Position numbers and translations under genes: made by a program. DNA of 63,731 nt, counting the filler, from Octopus bimaculoides (Eukaryota): NCBI RefSeq assembly GCF_001194135.2. It is 7 parts of 5 records of this genome, joined end to end, with 100 filler letters (N's around TTAATTAATTAA, not from the genome) between each part and the next. Parts side by side here need not be neighbours in the genome. Positions count along the whole stretch, not along the records: positions 8,048 to 21,345 come from NC_068981.1; positions 21,446 to 30,850 come from NC_068987.1; 5 more parts are not named here. One strand, given 5' to 3'. The notes below the pieces were generated by a model, which saw only the letters and a list, made by a program, of their open reading frames with translations, was not told where the DNA came from and did not search any database. This document shows, piece after piece, positions 11,900 to 24,330 of the stretch. The first letter of the stretch is position 1. Each line of letters starts with the position of its first letter.

Positions 11900-13049
11900 T
11901 TGCTAAAATTGTTGTTTCTTTTCAGATATCATCATAAAAAGGTAATTAAAATTCATTAAAATGACAAATTTATCGGACTTTCAAAGAAATCAGATTGTTG
12001 GTGCTCGTATGGCAGGGGCTAACATAACAAAAACAGCCGAAATGTTTGGTGTATCAAGAAGTACTGTCTCGAAAGTAATGACAGCCTTTGAGAAAGAGGG
12101 AAAAACCTCCTCGTCGAAACAAAACTCCGGAAGAAAACCAAAACTTTCAGATAGGGACCGTCGGATTCTTATGCGAATTCTCAGAAAGGATCACGAAAGT
12201 ACAGATACCAAAATTACTGCAGAGCTTAATGACCACCTCAAGAACCCAGTTTCCACAATAACTGTTTGCCGGGAGCAGCACAAAGCCAGATTTCACGGGA
12301 GGGCTGCAATCAGAAAACCACTACTTTTAAAAACAAACGTTGCAAAGCGTTTAGAATGGAGTAAAAACCTACAGAATTGGTCTCTAGAGCAGTGAAAGAA
12401 TTATTTTCTCAGACGAGTCATCCTTTGCCTTATTTCTGACCACCAGCTGAGTATATGTGTGGAGACAGCCAAAAGAAGCATTTGACCCAGACTGCCTTCT
12501 TCCAACTGTTAAACATGGAGAAGGATCTGTGATGATCTGGCGGGGCGGGCTATATCTTGGAAATCCGCCTGCCCAATGGTTTCCCTTCATGGCAGAATTA
12601 ATAGTCAGGTCTATTTAAGCATTTTATCTGATCAAATTCATCCCATGGTTGCGGAATTGTTTCTGGAGAGAAACGCAATCTTTCAGGATGATAATGCACC
12701 AATTCACACAGCTAAAGTTGTTACTGAATGGTACAAGGAACATTCTAGCGAAGTTGAACATCTTATCTGGCCACCACAGTCCCCAGATCTCAATATTATT
12801 GAACATTTATGGTGCATCTTAGAAAAACAAGTAAAAAGTCGATATCCTCCACCATCATCACTACAAGAACTGGAGACTGTTTTACTTGAATAATGGACAA
12901 AAATTCCTTTGTAAACAATTCAAACTTTGTATGAGTCCATACCTCGTAGAATTCAAGCTGTAATTACTGCCAAAGGCGGGCCTATTCCATATTAAAATTA
13001 ATTTGTTTGAAATTTTAAGGTGTTTCCAATATTTTATCCAACCCCTGTA
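11900..13049 (+). mobile_element. Tc1-like (DD34E) transposon, transposase split by stops and frameshifts; right TIR present, left end not found
   Basis: ORFs 11961-12395 (HTH: LSDFQRNQIVGAR...SGRKPKLSDRDRR) and 12576-12893 (IFQDDNAPIHT, WPPQSPDLNIIEHLW); FSDESSF lies between them. The end reads ...atccaacccctg-TA at 13047-13049. Confidence 0.95.
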
Positions 13050-13789
13050 TGTCTTTTGCCGATAAATATTGGTGAGATAATCAGAAATCTGATGCTTTCG
13101 GACGAAGTTCTTTGCTATATTTGTTTTGCGCCTTTGTATGTATGCCATACATACCATCAGAAATGCATGGAGCCACTAAATAATTTCTTGAGAGCTTAGA
13201 ACCAAAAGGTGATATATAAAATAAACAGATACAAATGTTCATAGCCAGCAGACGACACAGAAGCCGATTAAGCCGGGAACTATATGCTAACTTCCCTAAA
13301 CGCGAGAATGGAAAAGCCACAATGATATACAGTAATGCCTCGGAAGACGAGTTAATTTCGTTCACCGTCTCGTAAAGCAGAACAATATTTTCCTATAGTA
13401 GCAATGTTATAAATCATAATTCGCTCGCAGAAAAATATTTTACCTATAAAATTTATAATACTCGTAAATAAATGGCAATAAATCAACAGTAGAATATAAA
13501 GAATATTTTATGTAAAATAAAAAGAATGTCAAGATCATTTATAATAAAAAATATTATTATTATTATCGCTTTCTGAATCATTTTCACTTGCACCAGACTC
13601 GCGCACATGATCACCTGTAGACGCTATCGACAATTCACAAGCACTCGTAGATTTTAGTCCTTAAAAGACAAGAGGAAACTGTCAAAGATACACCATAAAC
13701 GGAGTATCGTCCTGATATGTTAATTAACACATCATCATCATCATCTTCATCATTACCATCATTATCATCATCATCATCAACAACAATAA

Positions 13790-14045
13790 CACCTGGATAT
13801 AAATGTCTGGAGTCCTGCGACTCATAAGACCGGTAACTCGGTTTTCACAGCGTGCAAGTGACAGAGACCACAACGTTCCTCTCGAACGGGACGCCAGACC
13901 GATGCAGGGTTAACTCCCCTGCGATTGCTACAGCTCATGTCATAGCTACTTGGACTGGAGCGACGTGATAGGAACCACTGCCCAGTCCGGTCATCGAAGT
14001 CACGATTTGCGAGTGCAACACCTCTTTACTCGTTAGGCCAGGCGC
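13790..14045 (-). mobile_element. Diverged SINE related to 24066-24330
   Basis: Shares catgggcccggtt-like, ggacgcca..ccatcgcag and ggactggagcaacgtga segments. Confidence 0.55.
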
Positions 14046-14083
14046 CTTCACTCTTAACATATACAGTAATATGTTAATATTAT

Positions 14084-14300
14084 AAGGCGACGAGCTGGAA
14101 GAAACGTTAGCATGAAGGGCGAAATGCTTAGCAGTATTTCGTCTGTCTTTATGTTCTAAGTTCAAATTCCGCCGAGGTCGACTTTGCCTTTCATCCTTTA
14201 GGGGTCGATAAATTAAGTACCAATTGTGTACTGGGCTCGATCTAATCGACTGGCCCCCTCCCCAAAAATTTCGGGCCTTGTGCCTAGCGGAGAAAAGAAT
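14084..14300 (+). mobile_element. SINE-A copy
   Basis: Head, core and gccttgtgcctag tail as in 11113. Confidence 0.9.
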
Positions 14301-14375
14301 ATTATTTGTGATATGTTGATATCATTTATGATAAATATATGTTGATATTATGTGAGTTGATATATGTTGATACAG

Positions 14376-14590
14376 AAGGCAGCGAGCTGGCAGAATCGTT
14401 AGCACGCCGGGCAAAACGCTACGTGGCATTTCCTCCGTCTTTACGTTCTGAGTTCAAATTCCGCCGAGGTCGACTTTGCCTTTCATCCTTTCGAGGTCGA
14501 AAAATTAAGTACCAGTGGAACATTGGGGGTCGATGTAATCAACTAGTCCCCTCCCCGGAAGTTTCAGGCCTTGTGCCTTTAGCAGAAAGG
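14376..14590 (+). mobile_element. SINE-A-related copy
   Basis: Same head and core; variant tail gccttgtgcctttagcagaaagg. Confidence 0.88.
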
Positions 14591-15183
14591 GTTATGAATT
14601 GATTTTGTATGCTATGTTAATTTTATATATGTTAATATTAAATATGAATATGATAATAAATGCATATAATTAACATTCTATGTGTGGTTGTTTCTTCGTC
14701 TCTGCTCAGTCAAATCACCAGTGAACATGGTTCTCAAAAGAGAGAGAGAGAGAGATGATTCCTCCAAGTTTAAAGTATTCAACCACGCTTCATATTAGGC
14801 TGACACCCCTACTTCCACATGGAGGGTTAAGAGTTCAAGGAAAGGCTGTTTATTATGTTTGTCTTTTTCCCATCCACTTTCGTTGATCACTATTCCCGAG
14901 AGAATCATGGGATCCAGTTGTTAACGTCGTTCCTTCCTGGAGCCATTTTGGAATCCCAGGATATGTATCCTTTGTGCTTCGATCCCACGTCTACCAGAAC
15001 AAGTTGCAGGTTTAATGCTAGTCGTACCGGCATTTGGTGGAGGCTACAATATGTTTTTCGAACAGATCCTTCTACTTAAGGTTTGAAGGCATCACTTTTT
15101 AACCCACACGACAGACGATGTCTTTATTCGCACCAGGCTGGTATTTGTATTGGACTCGTCTCCTGAACTAGTCGCGAGCAAAA

Positions 15184-15990
15184 GGAAATAAAAGTTGTGT
15201 CATTTGGGAGTGATGTAGTGGATATCATCTGACGTCTTCATCATGAAAATTGTGAAAAATTGCGACCAGATTTTTCTGGTGAGAAGTAACTATCTGAAAA
15301 TAATTCAGTCATCATTAGAACATTATTAAAACCAATACCATGCGTCGTTGAGTACTATATTTAGTTATTTTTAAAACGGGAAAGAGTTATGTACCTTGTC
15401 TTAGGATATAATACACGCAACTCTGTCGCGTAACTTTTAGAGGCCCCCTGCAACATTTTGTTTCGAGACACCCCCCACCCCCCATCCCTTCAATCAAAAT
15501 TCATAATCTACGCACCTTTTATTCATAGCTATATTTTACTTTATTCTATCTGAAGTTCAATATTTCACGTTATCCTAAAGAACATCTTTAAAAGTATCAA
15601 ATTAAATTTATTTAGGTCTATTACAAATTTCAACAAGTAAACATTCCAGATATGAATAAAAGAGCACTTTTATAATCCAGGCAATTTTCAAAGACAAACA
15701 CGGCGCACTTTTTGCTTCGTGAAATCATCGATCAGTTCAGAATAATCAAACTGAGAGCTAAGTTCGTGTTCAATAGATATCATAGACAATCCACAAAGTC
15801 TGGTACACGTTCGTGGTACAATGCAATATTTTTACAAGAACTTTTGCAAATACAATATATTAGCATTTTATTTCTTGAAATTTTCAGTTAACATAGTTTA
15901 ATATTTGTTAAACAGATGACCCATCTTAGTACTATGATCATAACATGGGCCCCTCAACCGCGGAGGCCCCATGCGACTGCAATGGCCCTG
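15184..15990 (-). mobile_element. hAT-like transposon 3' remnant; further local copies at 17363-17718 and 18770-19770
   Basis: Minus strand 15801-15688 reads RLCGLSMISIEHELSSQFDYSELIDDFTKQKVRRVCL*, resembling the RLxxLxxxxIE...D F..K.R tail of hAT (ZMYM1/THAP12-like) transposases. The three copies align by eye. Confidence 0.6.
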
Positions 15991-16542
15991 GATACATGGC
16001 GAACACAGAACCGACGTTTTTTCAGCCCTCGGTACATTGGCTTTCCATTCAGCTTATGGGGTTTGGGTATTGTTTACTGGATAAACAATTCTAGTTAACG
16101 CTTTCTAGAGACTGGTTATATCAACTCGTTGAGACGAAAAAGTAATGCATTGCAACGCAAGAGATCGACAGTTCGCATGCCAAGACAACGGTATCAGAAC
16201 CAATCCGACATTCGTTTGGATCTTCACAAAGTCTCAATGACAGACGTACTGTATAATGAACATGCTTCGTTACAGCTAAATTGGAGGTAAATTTATATCA
16301 TGTGGTAAACTAGATAGTTTTGTTTTTTTTATTACACTCATGATAGAGAAAATAATTAGCTTCATTGAATACTTTTAGTCAAGGAAAGTAAGGGAGGCAA
16401 CTCCTTGACTCAAATTGAAAATTAAGTAGAAAGAGATTTAGTGAGGTGTGTGGCCTTTAGTAAATAGTGACACCAAACGTTTTGGTATTAATAGGCCACA
16501 TCAATGATGCATAGCTTTGTTAGCACTCACCATACACTAGAT

Positions 16543-16736
16543 CAACGCATCTTAAATTATGGGTCGCGACCCCAAATGGAGTCGTGAAGCGAAATGCTGA
16601 GGTCGCGAAAATTAAATTCAAACACTTGAATTTCAGTATTTATGTTATTTCACAAACGCATATCAAATACCTAGAGTCGCTCAAAATCTCGTGATGGAAA
16701 ATGAGATCGTGAATGAAAAAAGTTTAAGAAGCGCTG
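16543..16736. mobile_element. 194-bp hAT MITE
   Basis: Imperfect 16-bp TIRs caacgcatcttaaatt / agtttaagaagcgctg; perfect 8-bp TSD CACTAGAT (16535-16542, 16737-16744). Confidence 0.88.
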
Positions 16737-16834
16737 CACTAGATAACTGGGGGATATAAGGATTTTAAGTGAATGGTCAAAGTCGTAAAAACTTAACAGT
16801 GACAAGGGTCCCAGAGTCATCATGTGTGAATAAT

Positions 16835-17224
16835 CTTTTCTACTCTAGGCACAAGGCACAAAATTTGTGGGGAGAGGGCTAGTCGACCCCAGTATGCAAT
16901 TGGTACTTAATTTATCGACCTCGAAAAGAGGAAAGGCAAAGTCGACCTCAGCGAAATTTAAACTCAGATCGTAAAGACAGACGAAATACCCGCTATGCAC
17001 TTCGCCCGGCGTGCTAACGTTTCTTATTTCTTTATTGCCCACAAGGGTTTACACACAGAGAGGACAAACAAGGACAGACAAAGGGATTAAGTCGATTATA
17101 TCGACGTCAGTGCGTAACTGGTACTTATTTAAAAGACCCCGAAAAAATGAAAGTCGACCTCGGCGGGATTTGAACTTAGAACGTAGCGGCAGGCGTGCTA
17201 ACGTTTCTGCCAGCTCGCCGCCTT
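16835..17224 (-). mobile_element. Dimeric SINE (B-tail monomer fused to A-tail monomer) with one TSD
   Basis: 16-bp TSD ATCATGTGTGAATAAT at 16819-16834 and 17225-17240. Confidence 0.9.
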
Positions 17225-17716
17225 ATCATGTGTGAATAATGATACAGCTAAATTGATGTTTATATATTATGGGGAACCAAGACGGTGAGCTGGCAGAATC
17301 GCTACCACGCCGGGCAAAATGCTTAGCAGAATTTCTTCCGACTTTACATTCTCAGTTCAAATGGAAATAAAAGTTGAGTTATTTTGGAGTGATGTAGTGG
17401 ATATCATCTGATGTCTTCGTGAAAATTGTGGAAAATTGGGACCAGATGATTTTCTGGTGAGAAATAACTATTTGAAAATAATTCAGTTATCATTAGAACG
17501 TTATTAAAACCAATATCATGCGTTGTTGAGTACTAAGAGTTATGTACCTTGTCTTAGGATATAATACACGCAGCTCTGTCACGTGACTTTTTAGAGGCAT
17601 CCTGCAACATTTTGTTTCGAAGCCCCATCACTTCAATCAAAATTCATAATCTACGCACCTTTTATTCATGGCTATATTTTACTTTATTCTATCTGAAATT
17701 CAATATTTCACGTTAT

Positions 17717-18125
17717 CCGGGCGAAATGCTTAGCGGTATTTCGTCTGCCTTTACGTTCTGAGTTCAAATTCCGCCGAGGTCGACTTTGCCTTTCATCCTT
17801 TCGAGGTCTTTAAATTAAGTACCAGTTACGCACTGGCGTCGATATAATCAACTTAATCCCTTTGTCTGTCCTTGTTTGTACCCTTTGTGTCTAGCCCCTT
17901 GTGGGCAGTAAAGAAATAAGAAACGTTAGCACGCCGGGCGAAATGTTTAGCAGGTATTTCGTCTGTCTTTGTGTTCTGAGTTCAAATTCCGCCGAGGTCG
18001 ACTTTGCCTTTCGTCCTTTCGGAGTCGATAAATTAATTACCAGTTGCGTACTAGTGTCTATCTAATTGATTGGCCCCCACCTCCCCAAAAATTTCGGGCC
18101 TTGTGCCTCGAGCAGAAAAGAATAT
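17717..18125 (+). mobile_element. Dimeric SINE (B+A), 5'-truncated
   Basis: Same junction ...aaagaaataAGAAAcgttagcacgccgggcg as the 16835 dimer. Confidence 0.88.
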
Positions 18126-18472
18126 TTTTGATTTCCTTCACAAAATCCGGCTAATTGCGGCCCATGACAAATGAGCCGCACAAAGACGGGTGGCTGTTGC
18201 AGCGAGTGTCATTGGTCATTCTTCACAGCATCGCAATCATTTCAGCAAAGCGCCATTTTAACTGGGGTGTACAAACTGTCACTCCCTACCCACCCTCTCA
18301 GGAAGAGTGGAGGTTTGGTCAGACCTGGTCTGAATGCTTTTAAGTGGGTACTTGTTAAATACGCTCAGATCTATAGTCATTATAGTATCATGCCTCACTT
18401 ATTAAAGCACCCGTTACACTCTCAGAGTGGTTGGCGTTAGGAAGGGTATCCAACCGTAGAAACCATGCCAAA

Positions 18473-18703
18473 GGCGGCGAGCTGGCAGAAACGTTAGCAC
18501 GCCGGGCGAAATGCTTAGCGGCATTTCGTCTGCCGCTACGTTCAGAGTTCAAATTCCGCCGAGGTCGACTTTGCCTTTCATCCTTTCGGGGTCGATAAAT
18601 TAAGTACCAGTTACGCACAGGGGTCGATGTAATTGACTTAATCCCTTTGTCCGTCCTTGTTTGTCCCCTCTATGTTTAGCCCCTTGTGGGCAATAAAGAA
18701 ATA
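18473..18703 (+). mobile_element. SINE B-tail monomer nested in an older retroposon (18395-18760)
   Basis: 15-bp TSD AGAAACCATGCCAAA at 18458-18472 and 18704-18718. Confidence 0.9.
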
Positions 18704-19105
18704 AGAAACCATGCCAAATCACACTGAAGTCTGGTACAGCCCCTCAGCTTACCAACCAGCTCCGTCGCGTGACTTTTAGAGACCCCCATTCCTTCAATCA
18801 AAATTCATTATCTACGAACCTTTTATTCATAGCTATATTTTACTTTATTCTATCTGAAGTTCAATATTTCATGTTATCCTAAAGAACATCTTTAAAAGTA
18901 CAGCAAATTAAATTTGTTTAGGTCTATTACAAATTTCAATAAATAAAACATCCAGATATGAATAAAAGAGAACTTTTATAATCCAGGCAACTTTCAAAGA
19001 CAAACACGGNNNNNNNNNNNNNNNNNNNNNNNNNNNNNNNNNNNNNNNNNNNNNNNNNNNNNNNNNNGCACTTTTTGCTTCACGAAATCAGATCCGTTCA
19101 GAATA

Positions 19106-19490
19106 GGTGCAGGAGTGGCTGTGTAGTAAGTTGCTTGCTTACCAACCACATGGTTCCGGGTTCAGTCCCACTGCGTGGCACCTTGGGCAAGTGTCTTCTA
19201 CTATAGCCTCGGGCCGACCAAAGCCTTGTGAGTTGATTTGGTAGACGGAAACTGAAAGAAACCCGTCGTATATATGTATATGTATGTGTGTGTGTCTGTG
19301 TTCGTCCCCCCCAACATCGCTTGACAACCGATGCTGATGTGTTTACGTCCCCGTAATTTAGCGGTTCGGCAAAAGTAACCGATAGAATAAGAACTAGGCT
19401 TACAAAGAATAAGTCCTGTGGTCGATTTGCTCGACTAAAGGCGGTGCTCCAGCATGGCCGCAGTCAAATGACTGAAACAAGTAAAAGAGT
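19106..19490 (+). mobile_element. tRNA-derived SINE family 2 (ccttgggcaagt core; tail ggcggtgctccagcatggccgcagtc) inserted in the hAT remnant
   Basis: Full head-to-tail copy; its flanks rejoin to the uninterrupted sequence at 15737-15760. Partial - strand copies lie at ~23220-23270, 23780-24056, 40830-41200, 53930-54075 and 57005-57130. Confidence 0.88.
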
Positions 19491-20324
19491 AATAATGAAA
19501 CTGAGTTCATGTTCGATAGATATCAGACAATCCACAAAGTCTGGTACACTTTCGTGGTATAATGCAATATTTTTACTAGAAGTTTTGCAAGTACAATGTC
19601 CTAGCATTTTATTTCTTGAAATTTTCAGTTAACATGGATAGTTTAATTCTTGTTCAACATCTTAACCAAAGTAAATAGATGACTCATCTACGTACTTTTA
19701 TCTTAACATGAAGCCCCTCAACCATGGAGGGCTCCTGCGACTGGAGGGCTTGCAGGGGCTTAGCAACGGCCCTATTACCAGCCCTTTCCAAGCCATCCAA
19801 CCCATGCTAGCATGGACAATGGTCGTTAAATGATGATGGCGATGACGATTATGTAAATACAACAGATTTATTATTAGTTTGTCCATCGTTGTCGACGATG
19901 ACCGAGGACATCATGTGGGAGAAGACGGGACAAGGCATGTCCAGCTGTGACCAATCAATCCAATGCATGCTTGCAAGGCTGTACCACAGGTCGGACATTA
20001 GTCGTCTGTTGGGACTGAACGCAAGGAGTTGGCTCTGGACTTGCGTAGTTCACATTTTCCTTGTGTTCCGGCAATCCTGTTCTGTTCATAGAAGGTGGTA
20101 CCTATGTAGGTGCAGCTTTTCCAGATGTAAAAACAATATATGGTTACAGAATTTAAAAGGTATGAACCAGCATCCATCAATTTTCATGACAACATCCATT
20201 TTCCTCCATGCTGGCACATCCAAACAAAATGCTTAGCGGCATTTCTTCCTGCTCTTTACATTCAGAACTGAAATCCCACAAGACCAACTTTGCTTTTTAT
20301 CCCCCTCATGATAATGACCATGAT

Positions 20325-20799
20325 GAATTCCAATATTTTAAATCCAGGTTTGTCCCCGTTAACGGGATGGCCGGATCTACCTCACTCTTACAGCAACTGC
20401 TCTCACACCATCTTGCCCAGTTTGGGGCGTCCTCTCTCCTCAAGCCAACCCTCCTAATCTCCTCCTCCACATTTTCTTCAGTCAACCTTGCTTTTACAGT
20501 TTATTCACTTTAAACTCAAGAACTCTCCTCCGAACATGATCCTCGTTCCTCCTCAACACATACCCATACCACCGCACTCTATTCGCCCTTGCCAGCTGTT
20601 CCACCGATTCCTCCAACTCCAGCATCCCCATCATGAAGTCCTCAGCCCGCCTTTTATCCAATAGTTTCACACCACACATTGCTCTCTCGGTCCTTCTCAA
20701 AATTGCCATTTCACTTTCCCACAGACACCATGTCTCACTTCCATACAGCATTGCAGATCTCACACAACTCTGATAAACCCTTCCTTTCATCTTCAGAGG
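20325..20799 (-). mobile_element. RTE-clade LINE 3' end fragment
   Basis: KGRVYQSCVRSAMLYGSETW...RVRWYGYVLRR is a typical RTE C-terminal region, followed by the 3' tail ...cctggatttaaaata. Confidence 0.9.
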
Positions 20800-21770
20800 T
20801 TGATAAAATAAAGTAGCAATCAAGTATTTGTGTTGGCGGTACCCTCCCCTTAAAACCTGCCAGCCTTCAACCCTGCAACAGAGGGAATATGCCATGGAAA
20901 CCGAGTAACTAGACTTATGTGCATGCAAAAGACATTTGACGATGATGACATGATATGAGAATATAGGCAGTAAGGGAACCAGAAGCACTGAAACAAATTT
21001 TCCAATTTCAAGAAAGGAATTCTTTTAAGAAAACATTTCTCTGAATTAAAGGAAGAAGAAGAAAAAAAATTATAAAAGAAATATTTTAAACAAGAAAGAA
21101 AAACAACACAAGATAATTGTTTTTTTTTTAAAAAAGAGAACATTTTATCACACTCTTCAAAAGATAAGAGACCTTCAATTGAAGATCTAAAGTTGTGTAC
21201 AAAATATTTAGGTCAGCCAAAACAAAATCTTCACCAACACCAGTTCAAAACTGAAACAATTTCAGTCGGCCAATTTTGCTTGACCATCCTAAATGTGCTT
21301 TAATTGTGTTAACAGTTTGTTTTTTGCACCTTCCTTCGTTTCAAANNNNNNNNNNNNNNNNNNNNNNNNNNNNNNNNNNNNNNNNNNNNTTAATTAATTA
21401 ANNNNNNNNNNNNNNNNNNNNNNNNNNNNNNNNNNNNNNNNNNNNTATATATATATACATATATTCATATATATACTTGTATATGTTTGCATGTATGTAT
21501 ATGTGTATACACACACACACATATATATATATATGTACATGAATATATGTGTGTGTGTGTGTGTGTGCGCACGTGTGTGTAATTGTAGTCTGAAGTTAAA
21601 TATCAATTATCATGATCCGGCCAGCTGAGCAGTTTCTTAAGTCAATCACTTCATCGGAACCGGAAACGGAAGTTGTCTATATCAAACGTTCGCAGCAAGC
21701 TATATCACTTGAAACTAAGGGAGTTTTGTTGTATACTTGAAAGCACTGTTTGGAGAAGGTTGTTGATCTG

Positions 21771-21907
21771 ACCACCACAACCGCCGCCGCCGCCGCCGCC
21801 ACCATCACGACCAACACCATCATCACCATCAACATCATCACCACCTCACACCACCACCACCACCACCACCACCTTCATCATTACGATAACCATCACCACC
21901 ACCGCCA
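21771..21907. repeat. Compound (CAC/CGC/CAT)n microsatellite running into a gap
   Basis: Direct reading. Confidence 0.9.
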
Positions 21908-22727
21908 NNNNNNNNNNNNNNNNNNNNNNNNNNNNNNNNNNNNNNNNNNNNNNNNNNNNNNNNNNNNNNNNNNNNNNNNNNNNNNNNNNNNNNNNNNNNN
22001 NNNNNNNNNNNNNNNNNNNNNNNNNNNNNNNNNNNNNNNNNNNNNNNNNNNNNNNNNNNNNNNNNNNNNNNNNNNNNNNNNNNNNNNNNNNNNNNNNNNN
22101 NNNNNNNNNNNNNNNNNNNNNNNNNNNNNNNNNNNNNNNNNNNNNNNNNNNNNNNNNNNNNNNNNNNNNNNNNNNNNNNNNNNNNNNNNNNNNNNNNNNN
22201 NNNNNNNNNNNNNNNNNNNNNNNNNNNNNNNNNNNNNNNNNNNNNNNNNNNNNNNNNNNNNNNNNNNNNNNNNNNNNNNNNNNNNNNNNNNNNNNNNNNN
22301 NNNNNNNNNNNNNNNNNNNNNNNNNNNNNNNNNNNNNNNNNNNNNNNNNNNNNNNNNNNNNNNNNNNNNNNNNNNNNNNNNNNNNNNNNNNNNNNNNNNN
22401 NNNNNNNNNNNNNNNNNNNNNNNNNNNNNNNNNNNNNNNNNNNNNNNNNNNNNNNNNNNNNNNNNNNNNNNNNNNNNNNNNNNNNNNNNNNNNNNNNNNN
22501 NNNNNNNNNNNNNNNNNNNNNNNNNNNNNNNNNNNNNNNNNNNNNNNNNNNNNNNNNNNNNNNNNNNNNNNNNNNNNNNNNNNNNNNNNNNNNNNNNNNN
22601 NNNNNNNNNNNNNNNNNNNNNNNNNNNNNNNNNNNNNNNNNNNNNNNNNNNNNNNNNNNNNNNNNNNNNNNNNNNNNNNNNNNNNNNNNNNNNNNNNNNN
22701 NNNNNNNNNNNNNNNNNNNNNNCTGTT

Positions 22728-23180
22728 CTGACTTTTAGTTAGTCTTTGTTTTATACTCTCCGAGTAATATAAAGCTTTCCATGTCACTTTAAAAATAAAA
22801 TGTCTCAATGCAGTCGCTCGATTGGCTAGAAAGAGCAGCCTAATCTATTCCAAATGAAATCCTGCCGTCTTAAACCTCTGCATACTTAAAATTTTTTCTT
22901 AAGTTTGTTTTAGACATCCATGCTTTTTTCTGACTTTTAGTTAGTCTTTGTTTTATACTCTCCGAGTAATATAAAGCTTTCCATAACACTTTTTTTAAAA
23001 ATGTCTCAATGTGGTCGCTCGATTGGCTAGAAAGAGCAGCCAAATCTACCTAAAATGACATCTTATGGTCTAAACCCTCCACCTATCAAAAGTATTTTAT
23101 TGTGTTTGTCCTAAGCATTCATGCTTGTTTTCAGAGTTTTAGTCAGCCCTCGTTTCATACGCTCTGAATAATATTAAGCT
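22728..23180 (+). repeat. Tandem ~202-bp unit, 2 copies plus a diverged partial third
   Basis: ctgacttttagttagtctttgttttatactctccgagtaatataaagctttcca recurs at 22728 and ~22930, and in diverged form at ~23131. Confidence 0.85.
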
Positions 23181-23367
23181 TTCTTTTCTTTCACTTATCT
23201 GAAGTTATTTTAGTGGCTTTCTTTTATTTGTTTCAGTCATTTGACTGAGGCCATGCTGGAGCACCGCCTATGTTGATATATGCTGATATATTTACGATCA
23301 TTGCTAATCGCAAAACGCATCATCATATGGTATTAGAACGACACCTGTGGGGGAAAGGAAGTGTATA

Positions 23368-23582
23368 TTTATTCCTTTATTGCCCATCGGGAGCTAAACA
23401 TAGAGGGGATAAACAAAGACAGAGAAAGGGATTAAGTCGATTGCATCGACCCCAGTGCGAAACTGGTACTTATTTAATCGACCCTGAAAGGATGAAAGGC
23501 ATAGTCGACCTCTGCGAAATTTGAACTCAGAACGTAACGGCAGACGAAATACCTTAGAATTTCGCCCGGCGTGCTAACGATT
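23368..23582 (-). mobile_element. SINE B-tail copy
   Basis: Reverse complement matches 18473-18703. Confidence 0.85.
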
Positions 23583-24065
23583 CATCGTCCTAAAAGAAGT
23601 GTAAATTTGCGGTGCTGTCCGCACGTTGTGATACTACTATTATTTTTTTTTTTAACTTCCCTGCATTTGACTGTTTGCAAACTGAGTTCAAATCACAATG
23701 AGGTTAACTTGGTATCACTTTTTCTTTTTTACTTGTTTCAGGCATTTGACTTTCGGTTTGCTAGAGGGCTCCTCCTTAAAGAGTTTAGTCGAACAAATCA
23801 ATTCCATTCTATCGGTCTCTTTTTGCTGAACAGCTATGTTATGGGGGCGTAAACAAACAGGCACCAATCGTCACATAATGGTGGAGGACAGTCAAACCAT
23901 TAAGATAACCTACAGTTTCCGTCTACTAAATTCACTCGCAAAGGATGAGTCGGCCCGGGACCATCGTAGAAGAAGATTGTCCAAGGCGCCACACAGTAGG
24001 ACCGAACCTGAAACCATGGAGCTGCAAAGCGAACTGCTTAACCATGCAGTCAAGTGAATTTATTA

Positions 24066-24330
24066 AAATAAAATAAATAAATGCGCCCTTTTAAGGCCTA
24101 GCCAGGCTCATGGGCCCGGTTTCCCGGTTTCAATGGCGTATGTGTTCCCCAGCTGGACGAGACGCCAATCCATCGTAGCGTTACTCATTATTGCCACCTG
24201 AGTGGACTAGAGCAACGTGAAATGAAGTGCTTTGCTCAAGAACACAACGCGTCACCCGGTCCAGGCATCGAAACCACAATCTTACGGTCATGGTGCTGAC
24301 GCCCTAACCACTAAGCCACGCGCCTCCACA
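24066..24330 (-). mobile_element. tRNA-derived SINE (family 4) with (TTTTA)n tail
   Basis: Minus head gtggaggcgcgtggcttagtggttagggcgtcagc...ggtttcgatgcc carries A/B-box-like motifs. Confidence 0.8.
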
